A stretch of 64,000 bases of DNA, from assembly GCF_001194135.2 (NCBI RefSeq), contig NC_068984.1, positions 128,166,842 through 128,230,841 of the forward strand. Direction: 5' to 3'. A program made the translations under genes and the position numbers. The notes under the pieces are model-generated. The model was not told the origin of the DNA, ran no database searches, and saw only the letters and a list, made by a program, of their open reading frames with translations. The number at the start of each line of letters is the position of its first letter. The stretch's first letter is position 1. The stretch is from Octopus bimaculoides (taxonomy: Eukaryota). Shown here in pieces: positions 1 through 13,920 of the stretch.

Positions 1-729
1 AGCTGTCTGAGGTGCATTGGTTCCACAATGGAACTCATATTCATAAACAACACGAATTTTTTATCTATTCATGGGGTCACAAAATTTGATTTACAAGAGA
101 AAACTCACAATATAATCAGACACCATGAATTGCATTTCGAAAAGTGGTACTGTAACTCTTCAATGTTATAAAACAAAGAATTGTCAGGATAAAACATTAG
201 AGTTAACGACTGTCAAACTTGATGCATAAGAAAATCAGACATTTCATTCTTAATAACCTGATATATTATCAAACATTACCCACAGTGTGTGTGTGTGTGT
301 CTTGTGGTCTCTCCTGTCGTACACAACAGATGAGTTTTCTGCAGTTTCTTGCTGAACATTCTCCACACATGATTAATAGTGATCAAATATTTATGCTTAC
401 TCTATCCACCAGATCAATATTGCCTATACACATGCACAGTGCACCACGCATAAAATGTCAAGGTGATTGCAGAGCAATGTGAAATGAATTGTCTTATTCA
501 AGAACACAATGTACCACTCAATCCAAGAATTGAAACCATGATCTTGTTATTATGAATGCAAAACCTTAGACACTAGACCATGAATATATACATATTCATT
601 TGTGTGTGTGTCTTTATTATATATAAGTTAAAGAGAATTGTATATACTGTTGGATACTTCTTTTGTTGACCTGTACTCATCAACTGATTGAATGAAACAT
701 TGGTTTGGGTATGAAATCTTGTTTACCTA

Positions 730-914
730 TCATCATCATCATTTAACGTCCACTTTCCATGCTAGCATAGGTTGGACGATTTGACTGGGGACTGGCAAAC
801 CAGATGGCTACTCCAGACTCCAATCTGATCTGGCAGAGTTTCTACAGCTGGATGCCCTTCCTAACGCCAACCACTCCGAGAGTGTAGTGGGTGCTTTTTA
901 CATGCCACTGGCAC
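730..914 (-). mobile_element. Short RTE 3' end copy
   Basis: Reverse complement of the (GAT)n-tailed 3' end. Confidence 0.8.
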
Positions 915-1450
915 TTTTTACCTATGGAAAACCTTATTAAAAATTACAATTTCTAACACTTCTTTTTAGCAATTTTATATTTTTTACACCACAAAATATA
1001 ATCCAGATGTAGTTAGCGTGTAAAATAGTATAATATCTGTTCTACAAAAGCAATGAATTAAATGTGAACAGAAATTTTAGTTTCATGCTTGAAATGACTA
1101 TTCAAATGGCTTAAGTTGCATCAATGAAATGCCAATGATTAATTTATATATAAGTTTTTTCATGTATATTCATGTAGCATGGACATATGCATATTTTTCA
1201 CATTTCTGCATACGCATATCTATTTCTGTTCGTGCATGTGTGTGTGTAAGGTAAATCTATACACATCCTTTATGTGATATCCCTCACTCTTGTAACCTCC
1301 CTCTCATCTTTTCTGTTTCCTTTCCTCACTTTACTTTACTACCTTTCAGCTTTTCCCTCTGGAAGATATGCTCTTTTTCTCTCTTGTTCTGCAAGGTGCA
1401 TGTGTATTTTCCTACTAGCTAATATAAAGAATATTTAATCAATATCTATA

Positions 1451-1647
1451 TCATCATCATCATTTAATGTCCACTTTCCATGCTAGTATGGTTTGGACGA
1501 TTTGACTGAGGACTGGTGAACCAGATGGCTACACCAGGCTCCAATCCAATTTGGCATAGTTTCTACAGCTGGATGCCCTTCCTAACGCCAACCACTCCGA
1601 GAGTGTAGTGGGTGCTTTTACATGCCACCGGCATGAAGGCCATTCAG
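1451..1647 (-). mobile_element. Short RTE 3' end copy
   Basis: Near-identical to 730-914. Confidence 0.8.
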
Positions 1648-2680
1648 TGTGCTTCAAATGAAATTTTGAAGAAATTTAATGAACCAACAAAATTAAAGAC
1701 AAAACTCAGAATAAGGGAAAAAGGGAATTTTTAAAGTAACAAATTATACATTTCTTTTTTTTTTTTAAATTTAAAATAGATTGCTTTCCCAAAATGTTAT
1801 TACACCCTTTAAAATAAAGCACACACAACTTACACACAAAACTCTAGGTATTGTAGGAAACGGTACAAGTTTTTGTATTGGTCAATGATATAAAATATAA
1901 TCAAGACTTAGTTTTGTGGATGTGTAGGACACACCCACAAAACTTTAGCTTGGGAGAGATCTGAGATTAAACACTAACTTACTAGTCAATTAGTGGGAGC
2001 CAATGTAGTGAATAAATACTCTCCCCCAAAAAATTGCTGGCCTTGTGCCAAAATTTGAAACTCTTATTTAGACTATATTTTTATTCTTTTTTTTATTTTC
2101 AACAGAGCTGCTAAATTTAATGATTCATGGTACAAAACCATGATTCGTCATTTGCTTTTCTAAAGTTAAAAGTAATTTATAAAATGGAACCCCGAAGCAA
2201 TGCTGTGGGTACTGATGCTACATAAAAACCGCTGGTTCTGGTGCCATATAAAGTGCACATAGTAGACTCTGTAAAGTGGTTGGCATTAGGAAAGGTATCC
2301 AGCTGTAGAAACCAAGCTAAAACGTTTTCATAGCAAGGCTAAAAATACACAAGGATACCCCAACTCACATCATAAGTAATTGGTTCAAAGATTTCCCCAT
2401 GTATTTTATGTGATTTTTCACTTCACTGTTGGTTTTTAGGTATTTAAAAAAATTTTAAGACCAATTTAGATCAATGTAAAGTCAAATAAATTGACTGAAG
2501 TTGAATTTATTTTCCTCATTAATTTCTTAAAAATAAAAAAAAACTTTAAGTCAAAGAAAGACACAACTCAAAATGGTATAAGTTGAGATCTGCCTGTATT
2601 TATTGAATATATGATTGTATCATTGTTTACAAGTTTAATATGTTTTATGTAGACTGAGAAATTGTGTTGTTTGGTAACAG

Positions 2681-2810
2681 GTTAGACAAACTTCGGCACC
2701 ATTTGATGCCATTGTACAGTTTTGATCCAGCTGCTGTAGATGAAGACCAAGATTGGGAATGTGAATTATTAGATGGAGATAAAGAACAACATGTTGCCCT
2801 GAGATCTGAG
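2681..2810 (+). CDS. SMIM29: Internal coding exon of a small integral membrane protein 29 (C6orf1)-like gene
   Basis: Acceptor ...ttggtaacAG at 2679-2680 and donor GTtagt at 2811. The exon encodes (R)LDKLRHHLMPLYSFDPAAVDEDQDWECELLDGDKEQHVALRSE. This matches the recalled cytoplasmic motif of human SMIM29 ([31 protein letters not shown]). The TM-encoding exon is not seen and presumably lies left of the window. Confidence 0.8.
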
Positions 2811-3239
2811 GTTAGTATTTTTTTTATTACAATATTCCATTGCTTCATTTTCTTTATTACAAAAATTGCCTGTAGTGTTAGCCTTTATAACTATATATAT
2901 ATATATATGGACATGTCTGCACATTTTCCATTTATCTTATCATTGTTTCAATGGTTCATGTCTTTGTTCTACCTTGTTTTTGTTGCACTTTCAATCAGAA
3001 TACATTGGTAAATAATAAACACGGCTGTGTGGTTAAGACACTCACTTGGTAACCACATGGCTTTGCGTTCAGTCTCATGATTCTGAGTGCAACATCCCAA
3101 CCATTAAGTCACATGCCCTCATACTGCATCTTCAAATGGATAGTAAACCTATACAAAGCTTGAGTGAGACCCACAATAGAATGTTTACACATCTGGCACC
3201 CGTGCCTATAGCACATAAAAGCACCATTCAAGCATTGGG

Positions 3240-3505
3240 CTTCATGGAAGCAGTGACTGGTGACTGAGATCTTTGGTAATATACCATGCTTGTATAGACC
3301 TGTCAAGCCAAGTAAGACCATAATCGTGGCTGATGCCAGTGTCGGGTCAGTGGCATGTAAAAACCACCCAGTACACTCTTGGAGTGGGTGGCATTAGGAA
3401 GGGCATCCAGCTGTAGAAACTTTGCCAAATCAGATCAAAACCTGGTACCAGCTTCCACTCAAACCATCCAACCCATGCCAGCATGGAAAACAGATGTTAA
3501 ACAGA
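3240..3505 (+). mobile_element. Diverged RTE 3' end copy
   Basis: gactgagatctttgg..caagccaagtaagac..ggcattaggaagggcatccagctgtagaaac..ccaacccatgccagcatggaa. Confidence 0.7.
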
Positions 3506-5174
3506 TGTGGGAAGCTGCTGCTATTGGTCTTACAGATATCCTAGACCACATATAAAACATACCTCCGACTGATTGGCATCATCAACACACTCCCATCTCT
3601 GACCCTTAGACTGTAATTCATTTCCTCACTCTACTCCTTAGAAATGGCTGATCCTGTGTTCCTTCTCACTCTCCCATCTTTCTCACTCTTCTGACTTCTC
3701 ATCACACATATTGTGCTCTCACCCAGGCCACACACTATCAACTTTTCCATTCCTTCATCCCCACAACACCCTCCGTCTGGAATTCCCTCTTTGCCCATAC
3801 TTTACCTGCAACTGATGTCCATTAGTTATTCAAGAACCACATCAACTGTGTCAATCTCTGTCTTGTAAGCTCTTCAAAGGCCTTGAGTACAAACCTCTTC
3901 CTCCAGATCAGACCATTAACAATAACAGTTCTGCATTAGAACTAACTATACCATTTGTATACTCTTTAATCATACACACAATACTCTATCAGATTTATTT
4001 TTCTGAACCATGGCCATTTCTCTGTTGCTGGGCTTTGATGGGTGACATTTTTCATTAATATTTCAATCATTCCGCCTAGGTCAACTTTGCCTTTCATCCT
4101 TTCAGGGTCGATAAATTATGTATCAGTTGCATACTGGGGTTGATCTAATCGACTGGCCCCCTCTCCAAAATTTCAGGCTTTGTGCCTAGAGAAGAAAAGG
4201 ATACTTCAATTTTTCATTAAACATCAATCTTAATTCAGCCATGTTTTCATATTGCAAACTGTTTAATATGATCTATCTCTTGTGGCAGTTGTTGACTTGG
4301 ATACATGTAACAGATATGATTGATTGACCTGCTAAAAATAGCAGCCAAATTTCTCTCAAATCATACCCAACTGTTGTAAATAAAGTTAGATATACCGAAT
4401 GATGTTGGTAAATGCAAGACAAAAGGGGTCACACCTAGAATCCCTTTTACTCATAAGTTTGTTTGATTAGTGCTGATCTGAGGCTAAATGTTAGCAATAA
4501 CATATCCAATAAACAAACTCAATGACTGATCTCTGGAAGAAGCATTCTCACATGTATTCTAAGTCAATTGTCAATAATTCACAGCATGCACAGCCATGGC
4601 TGTGTGGTTAAGAGGCTCACTTTGCAACCACATGGTTTCAAGTTCAGTCCCACTGTGTGGCACCTTGGGCGTGTGTCTTCCACTATAGCTCTGGGCCAAA
4701 CAACACCATGTAGGTGAATTTGGCACATGAAAACTGAGGAAGCCTGCTCTGTGTGTGTTTGTGTGTATGTCTCTTACAAGGCCTTATGGTACATAAAGAA
4801 AACACAGTGGGCTTCTCTGTATACAAACATAATCCATTCCAGAGCCTTGTTCATTACATGAGTAATTAAAATGCATATAAACGGGAGTAACCATTCCAAG
4901 CCACACTCAAACTCCAAACAATTGACCCAGAGCTATAGCAGAATACATTTGCCCAAGGTGCTACACAGTAGCATTCTTAATCACACAGCCATGCCTGCAA
5001 TTATCCTCTCGTTTTTTTTTGTTTTTTTTTTAAGATAGTAGGATGAGATTTTAGAGAGCTTTCACAGGTATTTCTAAGCAAGCTGAGCAACCACATAGCA
5101 CTTCCCTCATTGCCTCATGTGTTTTAGTTGTCCGGCACTATGATGGTGCTCAAGCTTACTCAGATCTTCTACAG

Positions 5175-5208
5175 TTTGAAAGGCCATTTCAGCCAGCAGA
5201 CACCAAAG
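5175..5208 (+). CDS. Candidate next SMIM29-like exon (FERPFQPADTK, phase 0 to phase 1)
   Basis: Flanked by cttctacAG and GTataa, open in the phase required by the 2810 donor. No homology support recalled. Confidence 0.4.
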
Positions 5209-6276
5209 GTATAATACATAAATTACTTTTTTCTTCTATCAATATCAAATAAGAACTACATAATTATCAAATTATTTCATGTTATCATCATCATTATTGC
5301 TTGAAGAAAAGAGGAAGGGTTGATTGGTTGTGTAGACTAGTGGCCTATGGTGGTTGTTGTCATTTAGTGTGCTGCCACACTGACCATACTATGACTAACA
5401 TTAGTATTACTCAAATTAGGCACACAAACTGTGTATTTCTATTCAAAATGCAGGATCCAAAATGTAAATGTAACACAATAAATGTAAACCAACATACAAC
5501 CTTTCAGAATTCGACCTAACTTAAGTTTTGTTTTTGATCTTAATTTGTTTTCAAAACTAATAAATAATACACTTTTAGAAGTCAAAGTTATACGATGATA
5601 TAGTAAGAAAAAATTCATGTAAAAAGAATTAGTTTTAGGTTAAGAATTTTAAATTAATTTAAATGTACAACTTCTCACCACAAAAAGTGAACATGCGACC
5701 ATTCTGTCAAAGATGTCGCACATCCTTTGCCATTAATTTTTTGCCATTCTCCCATTATCCTACAATACGCTTGGTACCATATTACGATACAATGCACTGT
5801 GAGGTACACAGTATTATTTCAGGACACCCACTTCCACCAAATTTCAAGCAGGGGTATAACAAAAGTTTTCCATTATGATTTGTGATTAAATTAACGAGTA
5901 AGGTTAATATTTATAATGAATTTGCCATTTTCAATGGGTGTGCAGAGCACACCTGGAATATATGCCCCTGGTGTAGACTTCACCTCTGATCAGTGGTAGT
6001 AATCTCTGATTGGCTGGTTTAGCATCCTGGCATGTGAATATTTTGAAGTTTACAAAGTGTGTGGGCCAAAAGTCATGCACCAAAACATTTGACATTTTAT
6101 TCTTTTTATTATTATTATTATTTTTCATTGTGTTCATCATTATAAGTACGTGTTTATTCATCATTATTTTATTTATTTTATTCAATTTTAGAAAAAAATT
6201 GAAGCATGTCTCTGATAAATTCCAGAGCATATTGGACATATTTTGTACATGACTTTTGGCCCATTCTGTATTTCAG

Positions 6277-6332
6277 AAATACATGAAGCAGGGTGGAGTA
6301 CAAATTCCAAAGAACGGTACTCCCTAAAATAA
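6277..6332 (+). CDS. Candidate terminal SMIM29-like coding exon (EIHEAGWSTNSKERYSLK*)
   Basis: Acceptor cccattctgtatttcAG, phase-1 compatible with 5208. Other acceptors (5453, 11798, 12974, 17048) are also possible, so this is unresolved. Confidence 0.25.
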
Positions 6333-8160
6333 CAACACTTATAATTTTGGTTGAAAAATTTAGGGAACATCATTTGCAGGAAATACAGTATGGGTAATGA
6401 GTATTAATGATACAATGGCAGAGTTATAGATAAAACTGAGCAAAGACAAAGAGCTTGTTGTTGTAGTCTGAGTAGACTCAGTGAGAGTACATATAGCAAT
6501 GACTGAGCAAGAATTGGAGATATTTCAAAAAAAGAGTATTTAAAAGTTTCAAACACATTGTTTTCCTCTTGAGTGTAGTATAGGATCCCACTGACTGTGT
6601 ATGGTTGGGTGCGTTTGGGGCCTCATAAAAACTTAACAGTAGCTCAACACTGAAATATTTTTTGAGCTCCATTTGTTTTACTAAAATATTAGTAAATATA
6701 CTATTAAATGATTACCCAGTTACTTGTCCTTTGATATCATGAAAGCTATTCTGAAAGTCTGCTGATCAACTATTACACCTGTCTCATGAGTGTGTTTTAT
6801 TTACTAATCTTTTAGTTAATAAAAAAAATTGGCTGTCAATAATAGGAAAACACCAAATTAAATCTCTAGACGCAGTGTAGTATGAATCTGTTAAATTTGA
6901 AATAAAATTTCGTAATTATTCCAGTTAAATGTCTATCAAAAGTACAAGGTGTATTTTATGCAAGTCACTTTGCCTCTATAAACTTGACATATCTCAACAA
7001 AAAACAGTTTCCAACATGACATTCCTCAACCAAAAGCTAGACTGATATATTAAAACTGATTTCTGCAGATAAAGATAATGAAATTTTGAGGGAGTATATC
7101 TGATTTCCACAGTAAAAGGGTTAACATATGTAATGATGGGTATATTTTGTATTGGAGTTGTTTGTGTGATGTGATGTGATGTGTGGTTACAGCAATGCTG
7201 AGAAGTGACTTGAGACAGTCAATCCCAATGTGCATTGTGATGAGTGTATATTTTATATTGAGAATGGTTCTTTGATATGACATTTGAATTTTAGCATTTA
7301 ATTATTAATAACAATTTATTAAGCATCATTGGAAGATGTAATGATGATTGCTGTCATTCACCAAAGAATTGCTGGATTTAAAAGATGGGGTGAATTAGCA
7401 CATTATTTCATAGGAGTGCAAGAGGCTGGTTGTCATTGATAAGAAGGAGTATTAAATTATGGAATGTGACAGATATTTTGAAAACTTCAGAATTTCTGTA
7501 ATGAGGAAGGTTTGTAAGTTTCTGATCCTTAACATTCTGGATTTATCCAGAGGAGAGAAATTTGGACAAGAGATTTGCATAGTTTATCAAAATATTTGCT
7601 TATAATTACATGCTGCAATTAATTGAGGTGCATGTAATGAAAAATATATGGTTGGAAATAATTGAGTAAAATAGAGACAGGATAGTAACTTTTAAGTTGT
7701 GGATTTTTTTGTTTTACTTTTTTACTCATCTATCCAAGAGAAATATTACATTATATTTCCAATAATGCTGAAAGTGTGCATTCATTTATCCTTAAGTTTG
7801 CTAATATTGATTTTTATACTCAATATTTGATTTTTGTTCTATACAAAATCCTTCCAAGTAGAAGCTCTCTCTGAGAGTAATATTTCTAACTATGACTGTC
7901 ATTTATCACTGAACAATAAGCTAACAGTTATAAAAACAAAGGAAGTGAACGACTTTCTCTTTACTAATTCAGAACTGTTTTTTACAAAATCTAAAAATAT
8001 TTCTGTATTGTCTCCAGCCAAGCAGTATCTCTGACACTATTTTTAGATTGAATGAAAATGCTGTATCTATGTACCATCTTTTGCTATAATTTAAGTTTCT
8101 GTTAGGCTAAAATAGTGAAAGAAGCAGCTTTGGACTTTATTATCGAATAATGTTAAAGAA

Positions 8161-8543
8161 TGTGGAGGTGCAATGGCCCAGTGGTTAGGACAGCGGACTC
8201 GCGGTCATAGGATCGCGGTTTCAATTCCCAGACCGGGCGTTGTGAGTGTTTATTGAGCGAAAACACCTAAAGCTCCACGAGGCTCTGGCAGGGGATGGTG
8301 GCGAACCCTGCTGTACTCTTTCACTACAACTTTCTCTCACTCTTACTTCCTGTATCTGTTGTACCTGTAATTCAAAGGGTCAGCCTTGTCACACTGTGTC
8401 ACGCTGAATAGCCCCAAGAACTTCGTTAAGGATACACGTGTCTGTGGAGTGCTCAGCCACTTGCACGCTAATTTCACGAGCAGGCTGTTCCGTTGATCAA
8501 CTGGAACCCTCAACGTCGTAAGCGACGGAGTGTCAACAACAAC
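8161..8543 (+). mobile_element. tRNA(Arg-like)-derived SINE, family A (resembles octopus OR-type SINEs)
   Basis: A box TGGCCCAGTGG, B box GGTTTCAATTCC, TCG in the anticodon-like loop, (CAA)n tail, 12-bp TSD aatgttaaagaa (8149-8160 / 8544-8555). Confidence 0.9.
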
Positions 8544-9151
8544 AATGTTAAAGAAGGAGATGTATCATTACAGTTTCCTTCACCAATAACAATTTGAAGT
8601 TTCAATTTCTGAATATAGTGAGCCCTGTATGAAGCAGAGCATCAATTGTATTTATTTACTAATTTATTTTATCTATATCATTTAAAATGACCCCTATTTT
8701 ATGGTTGGGTATAATATTTGTAGAAAGATCTTTTGAATTATATCTTAATTTCTTCTTTGTTTTTAAAATAACTATAAACATATTCCTTGCAATAATTTTA
8801 ATCAAAATTCAAATCCTCAAACAAAATTATTTTGTATCTACACAATTCTCATCACGTGAAAATTTTAGTTTTCTGTATTTTTCTATTTTGATGCAGAAAT
8901 CTATCACAGAGAATGTGTTTAACATTCCAAAATCTAAACTGTAATAAACTATTCTTTATCTCTTCCATTTAGCGCTGTGAGTCTTATAAAAGCCTTCTGC
9001 AATGTTCGCATGGTAGCATGCTGACGTGAATACTTTCATATCTGCTGCTGCTGCTGCTAGTACTTCCTTCCTGGTCCCAAGGTAGGTTCACTGGGGTCAC
9101 TTTCTTCATCCCAATCACATTCCTCCACCTCCTCCTCATTGCAGTAACTGG

Positions 9152-9212
9152 TAATAATAATGATGATGATAATAATAATAATAATAATAATGATGATGAT
9201 GATGATAATGAT
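9152..9212. repeat. (AAT)/(GAT) trinucleotide repeat
   Basis: Directly visible. Confidence 0.95.
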
Positions 9213-10113
9213 GTTGTTACATATGCTAATATTTAATGTCATTCTATATATAAAATGACATGGGTCATACTTGAACATTAGTATGTCAATGTCTCTGACA
9301 TTATTTCTTTGTTAATGACTTCATTATCAGTTTAGCTAATTGCTACAAGACAGTCACGGCTAATTTGCTATTTTAGAATTTGAAACCCTTTAGCAAACTT
9401 TAACAGATTTCTTGGTTAGGATGTATTCATAGAACAAATTAACTCTTAATATAGAAGTCCCCATAAAAAATGGATCCCACTATATTTATTCCTTCATAAC
9501 CAAGAATCGCATTTAACTTTGAGAAAAAATATTTTCAACCAAAGTCTCTAATTTATTATTATTTTGTGGTCCTTTTCTCTAGTATCTGTACAAATTGTCT
9601 CTACTTGTATGTCCATTGTTCTTTAATGTAACTCTAGTAACACTAACGACTTGTAGGTATGAGGTATTTTGTTATGCAACGTTAATATTCCATTAAGTAT
9701 ATTAAACGTTTTTATAAGTAAACACCATGTTCTATTGCATTAGCAGTGTTCTTTTACATTATTTGTTAAGGTTATCTCTACAGATACTCTATAGAAATTA
9801 TTGCCAGTCCTGATTTTTGTTACGACATTTCATATACGACAGGTCAGATGTAAACAAACAATGAGATCAAAGATGAAAAAAGGGTAATGGGTGTATATGC
9901 CATATTTTGAGGCTTTTTGCCCTTTCATCAGCTCCCATTCAACCCTTTAATTATCCTTGAACACAGTGCTTAAATAGCCACTGTATACAACAGTGTTTGG
10001 TTATTGGATATACCAATTTTACATATTAAACACATTCCTGGAAGCTGTACATAAATACTAGTGACTTGTAGGTATGTGGTATTTTGTTATGCAATTATAA
10101 TATACTATATACT

Positions 10114-10519
10114 AGGTGCAGGAGTGGCTGTGTGGTAAGTAGCTTGCTTACCAATCACATGGTTCTGGGTTCAGTCCCACTGCGTGGCACCTTGGGCAAG
10201 TGTCTTCTACTGTAGTCTCGGGCCGACCAAAGCCTTGTGAGTGGATTTGGTAGACGGAAACTGAAAGAAGCCCGTCGTATATATGTATAATATATATGTG
10301 TATATGTTTGTGTATCTGTGTTTGTCCCCCCAGCATTGCTTGACAACCGATGCTGGTGTGTTTACGTCCCCGTAACTTAGCGGTTCGGCAAAAAGCGACC
10401 GATATAATAAGTACTAGGCTTCCAAAGAATAAGTCCTGGGGTCGATTTGCTCAACTAAAGGTGGTGCTCCAGCATGGCTGCAGTCAAATGACTGAAACAA
10501 GTAAAAGAGTAAAAAAGTA
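10114..10519 (+). mobile_element. tRNA-derived SINE, family B (internal TA/TG microsatellite, (AAGAGT)-like tail)
   Basis: A box TGGCTGTGTGG, B box GGGTTCAGTCC, central gccttgtgagtggatttggtagacggaaactgaaagaagcccgtc. Confidence 0.85.
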
Positions 10520-10650
10520 TATTAAACATATTTATAAGTCAATACTGCGTTCTAATGTAAAAGCACACCGCTAACACAGTAGAACGTGGTGTTGACTTAT
10601 AAAAGCGTTTGATATACTTTATAGTATATTAAATGTTTTTATAAGTATAA

Positions 10651-10866
10651 AGGCAGCAAGCTGAAAGAAACGTTAGCACACCAGGCAAAATGCTTAGCGG
10701 TATTTCATTTGTCTTTACATTCTGAGTTCAAATTCCGCCAAGGTCAACTTTGCCTTTCATCCTTTCAGGGTTGATAAAATAAGTACCAGTTGCATACTAG
10801 AGTTGATCTAATCAGCTGGCCCCCTCCCCAAAAATTTCAGGCCTTGTGCCTAGAGTAGAAAAGAAT
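10651..10866 (+). mobile_element. Short SINE, family C (about 215 bp; central gcctttcatcctttc.gggtcgataaa.taagtaccag)
   Basis: B-box-like GAGTTCAAATTCC. From memory the central block resembles the Deu/Nin conserved SINE domain (unverified). Confidence 0.8.
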
Positions 10867-10895
10867 ATACTTTATAGTATATTATGCATGTTGCA

Positions 10896-11276
10896 TGTTG
10901 GCACTCCATCGCTTACGACGTCGAGGGTTCCAGTTGATCCGATCAACGGAACAGCCTGCTCGTGAAATTAACATGCAAGTGGCTGAGCACTCCACAGACA
11001 CGTGTACCCTTAATGTAGTTCTCGGGGATATTCAGCGTGACACAGTGTGACAAGGCTGACCCTTTGAATTACAGGCACAACAAAAACAGGAAGTAAGAGT
11101 GAGAGAAAGTTGTGGTGGAAGAGTACAGCAGGGTTCACCAACATCCCCTGCCGGAGCCTCGTGGAGCTTTAGGTGATTTCGCTCAATAGACACTCACAAT
11201 GCCCGGTCTGGGAATCGAAACCGCGATCCTATGACCGCGAGTCCACTACCCTAACCACTGGGCCATTCCACCTCCA
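10896..11276 (-). mobile_element. SINE family A copy
   Basis: Reverse complement of 8161-8543; TSD agtatattatg. Confidence 0.9.
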
Positions 11277-11447
11277 GTATATTATGATTGCTTAACAAAA
11301 TACCACATACCTACAAGACATTAGTATTTACATAGAAGCTTCCAGGAATGCATTTAATATGTAAATTGGTATATCCAATAACCAAACATTGCTGTATACA
11401 GTGGCTATTTAAGCACTGTGTTCAAGAATGATTAAAGGGTTGGATGA

Positions 11448-11491
11448 GTGCTGATGAAGGGGCAACAATCCCCTAAATATAGCATATACAC
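11448..11491 (+). ncRNA. Degenerate type I hammerhead ribozyme motif
   Basis: gtg-CTGATGA-A-GGGG caacaat CCCC-TAAA (G12 mutated)-TAT agc ATA-TA-cac. Stems I, II and III are all base-paired. Confidence 0.6.
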
Positions 11492-13184
11492 CCATTACCC
11501 TTTTCTCATCTTCGATCTCATTGCATGTTTACATCTGACCTCTCATATATGAAATGTAACAAAAATCAGGGCTGGCTATAATTTCTAGAAAATATCTGTA
11601 GAGATAACCTGACCAAGTAATCTAGTATCACTGTATGTACCCACCTTTTTAGCACATGATACTTGAGGACTGTATACCTCAAAATACTCCCATTTAGGAT
11701 AAGGTATTACACACAGCCTAGATACAGCTCCTCCTTCTGAAATTGCTGATCATAGTTTCATCCTAATGGTTTGATCTATGTTTTTTCATTGCTTTCAGAA
11801 ATTGAAAAATATTTTGCTAAAGTCAAAATGTCAGTTTTACTATAACATTAGAACAAAGAACATATTCACTGCTTTCAAAATTGTATTTTGCTTTTCTTCT
11901 TTTTTACGATTTAAAAATTTGTGGTTTAAACATTTCAAATGATTACTCCAGAATTATTGCAAATGAATAATAAAATACACTTTGCAATAAATAATGCAAT
12001 ATTGAGCCTTGTGAGTGGGTTAAGTAGAGGGAAACTAGAAGAAGCCTGATACATATATACATTATCAATACCACATACTTAACATACATGTGTTGTTGAA
12101 ATGCTAGAAACTGCAGTTTTTCATCCAGAAGATTTCCGGATGAAAAACCACAGCTTCTGGCATTTAAACAACATACATACATTAACTATGTGGTACTTAT
12201 AATGTTTACATCATAGAGTTGGTTCTATTGCATAATCTGAATGTGTGTGTAGGTGTACCCTTGTCTAGTTATTACATAATGGTTGTAAATGAGTGTCACC
12301 ATCATACAAGCAGTGTTGTTTGTTTCCTGTCTTCCATAAAAAAAACACGTCTGATCATGGAAATATTATCTTACCTTGCCTGGAAACAGGTGAGTGTTAG
12401 TGTGAAGAAGAGCATCCAGTTCAAGAAAAATCTGCCTCAAACATGGAAGAGTGGACATTAAATATCCAACTCATGCCAGCATTGAACATTGATGTCAAAT
12501 GATGAGAGAGAGAGGGATGAGAATATTTTACATGTCACCAACACTGGTGCCTTTCACATCGTCTTTAGTGTCTACTTTTCCATGCTTCCATAGATCAGAT
12601 GGAATTTGTTGTGGTAAATTTGCTACAGCTGGGATGCCTTTCCTGTCACCAACTTCCACCTGTTTCCAAGTAATGTTATATTTCCCCATAGCTGGATGTG
12701 TTTTCAGGGATAACTGGAAACTAGGAACACTGCTTGTATGATGGTGATGCTCATTTATAACCATGTGACGTTTTAACAAAGACACACACACACACATATG
12801 GTGGATTCATTTCAGTATCCTTCCACCAAAACCACTCAAAAGGCTTTCTTTGACTCATGGGACCATGTTGTAGGACTGAGCCCTAAACCATGTGCTTGAG
12901 AAGCAAACTTCTTAACCACACAACTATGCTTGCACATAGCCATGCCTATGCAGATTAAAACCGTTTTCTTTCAGATTTGGAATTTTGATTAGAATTATTG
13001 CAAGGAACATATGTATTAAAATCTTTGTAAAGACCATATTTATAGTTATTTTGAAAATAAAAGAGAAACTGAAATAAGATTAAGCAGGTTTTTTTTTTTC
13101 TTGAAGTCGCATGTCCCATTTGTAATTCTATAAACTGACCCGAATCTTAAAAGACTTAATATTCTTCAGTTCATATTTGCTTCT

Positions 13185-13510
13185 TTAAACCCTTAGCACT
13201 CAGATTACTCTGTCAAATGTAATGCTTATTTCGTCACATTGTTTTGAGCTAATAATGCATTATCTCATAGCTTCCAGACTTTTGATGATAGAATTGTTTG
13301 TTTTTAGTATGACATTGTAGGGTAAGTGTACAAGGCTGGATCTAGTTGGTTTGAATATAAAACAGGTAGAATACCTGGGCTAGATATGGCTAGTTTAAAT
13401 GCTAAAGAGTTAACCATTCAGCATTCATTTTACTCTGTCAAATGTAAAGCTTATTTCTTCACATTGCTTTGAATTAATCATGCATTATCTCATATCTTTG
13501 AGATTCTGAT
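13185..13510. mobile_element. piggyBac-like MITE plus a partial second copy sharing the TTAA
   Basis: TTAA-acccttagca...tgctaaagag-TTAA. Related copies at about 20655-20830, 51650-51885 and 52192-52420. Confidence 0.7.
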
Positions 13511-13511
13511 G

Positions 13512-13920
13512 TCTTTTATCTTTTATTTGTTTCACTCAGCAGACTGTGGCCATGCTGGGGCACCGTGTTGAAGAATTTTAGTTGAATGAATCAACCCCAG
13601 TACTTATTTTTCTTCTTTTTAAATTTTGGTACTTATTCTACCAGTCTCTTTTGCAGAACCACTAAGTTATGGGGATGTAAACACACCAACACCGATTGTC
13701 AAGCGGTGATGAGGGACAAATACAGAAACACACACACACACACATAGATTTATACATACACGATGGACTTCTTTCAGTTTCCCTCAACCAAATCGACTCA
13801 CAAGGTTTTGGTTGACCCAAGACTATAGTAGAAGACACTTGCCCAGAGTGTCACACAGTGGGACAGAACCCAGAACCATGTGGTTAGGAAGCAACAAACT
13901 TCTTATCACACAGCCACACC
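13512..13920 (-). mobile_element. SINE family B copy (diverged)
   Basis: Reverse complement of 10114-10519. Confidence 0.75.

Larger units (their letters stand above)
9769..11610. mobile_element. Inverted-repeat (foldback) Penelope-like terminal repeat with hammerhead motifs; three SINEs nested in the centre
   Basis: Arms at about 9769-10101 and 11281-11610 are diverged reverse complements. Hammerhead-like cores at 9891-9934 (-) and 11448-11491 (+). Confidence 0.7.

Noticed and set aside
8161-8240. tRNA-like sequences (also at 25105 and 27143)
   Set aside because: These are SINE heads that continue into shared repeat bodies, with TSDs at 8161 and 27143, and lack a proper acceptor stem.
9057-9150. 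Acidic peptide EEEVEECDWDEESDPSEP on -
   Set aside because: Short, flanked by trinucleotide repeats, and has no recognisable homology or exon chain.
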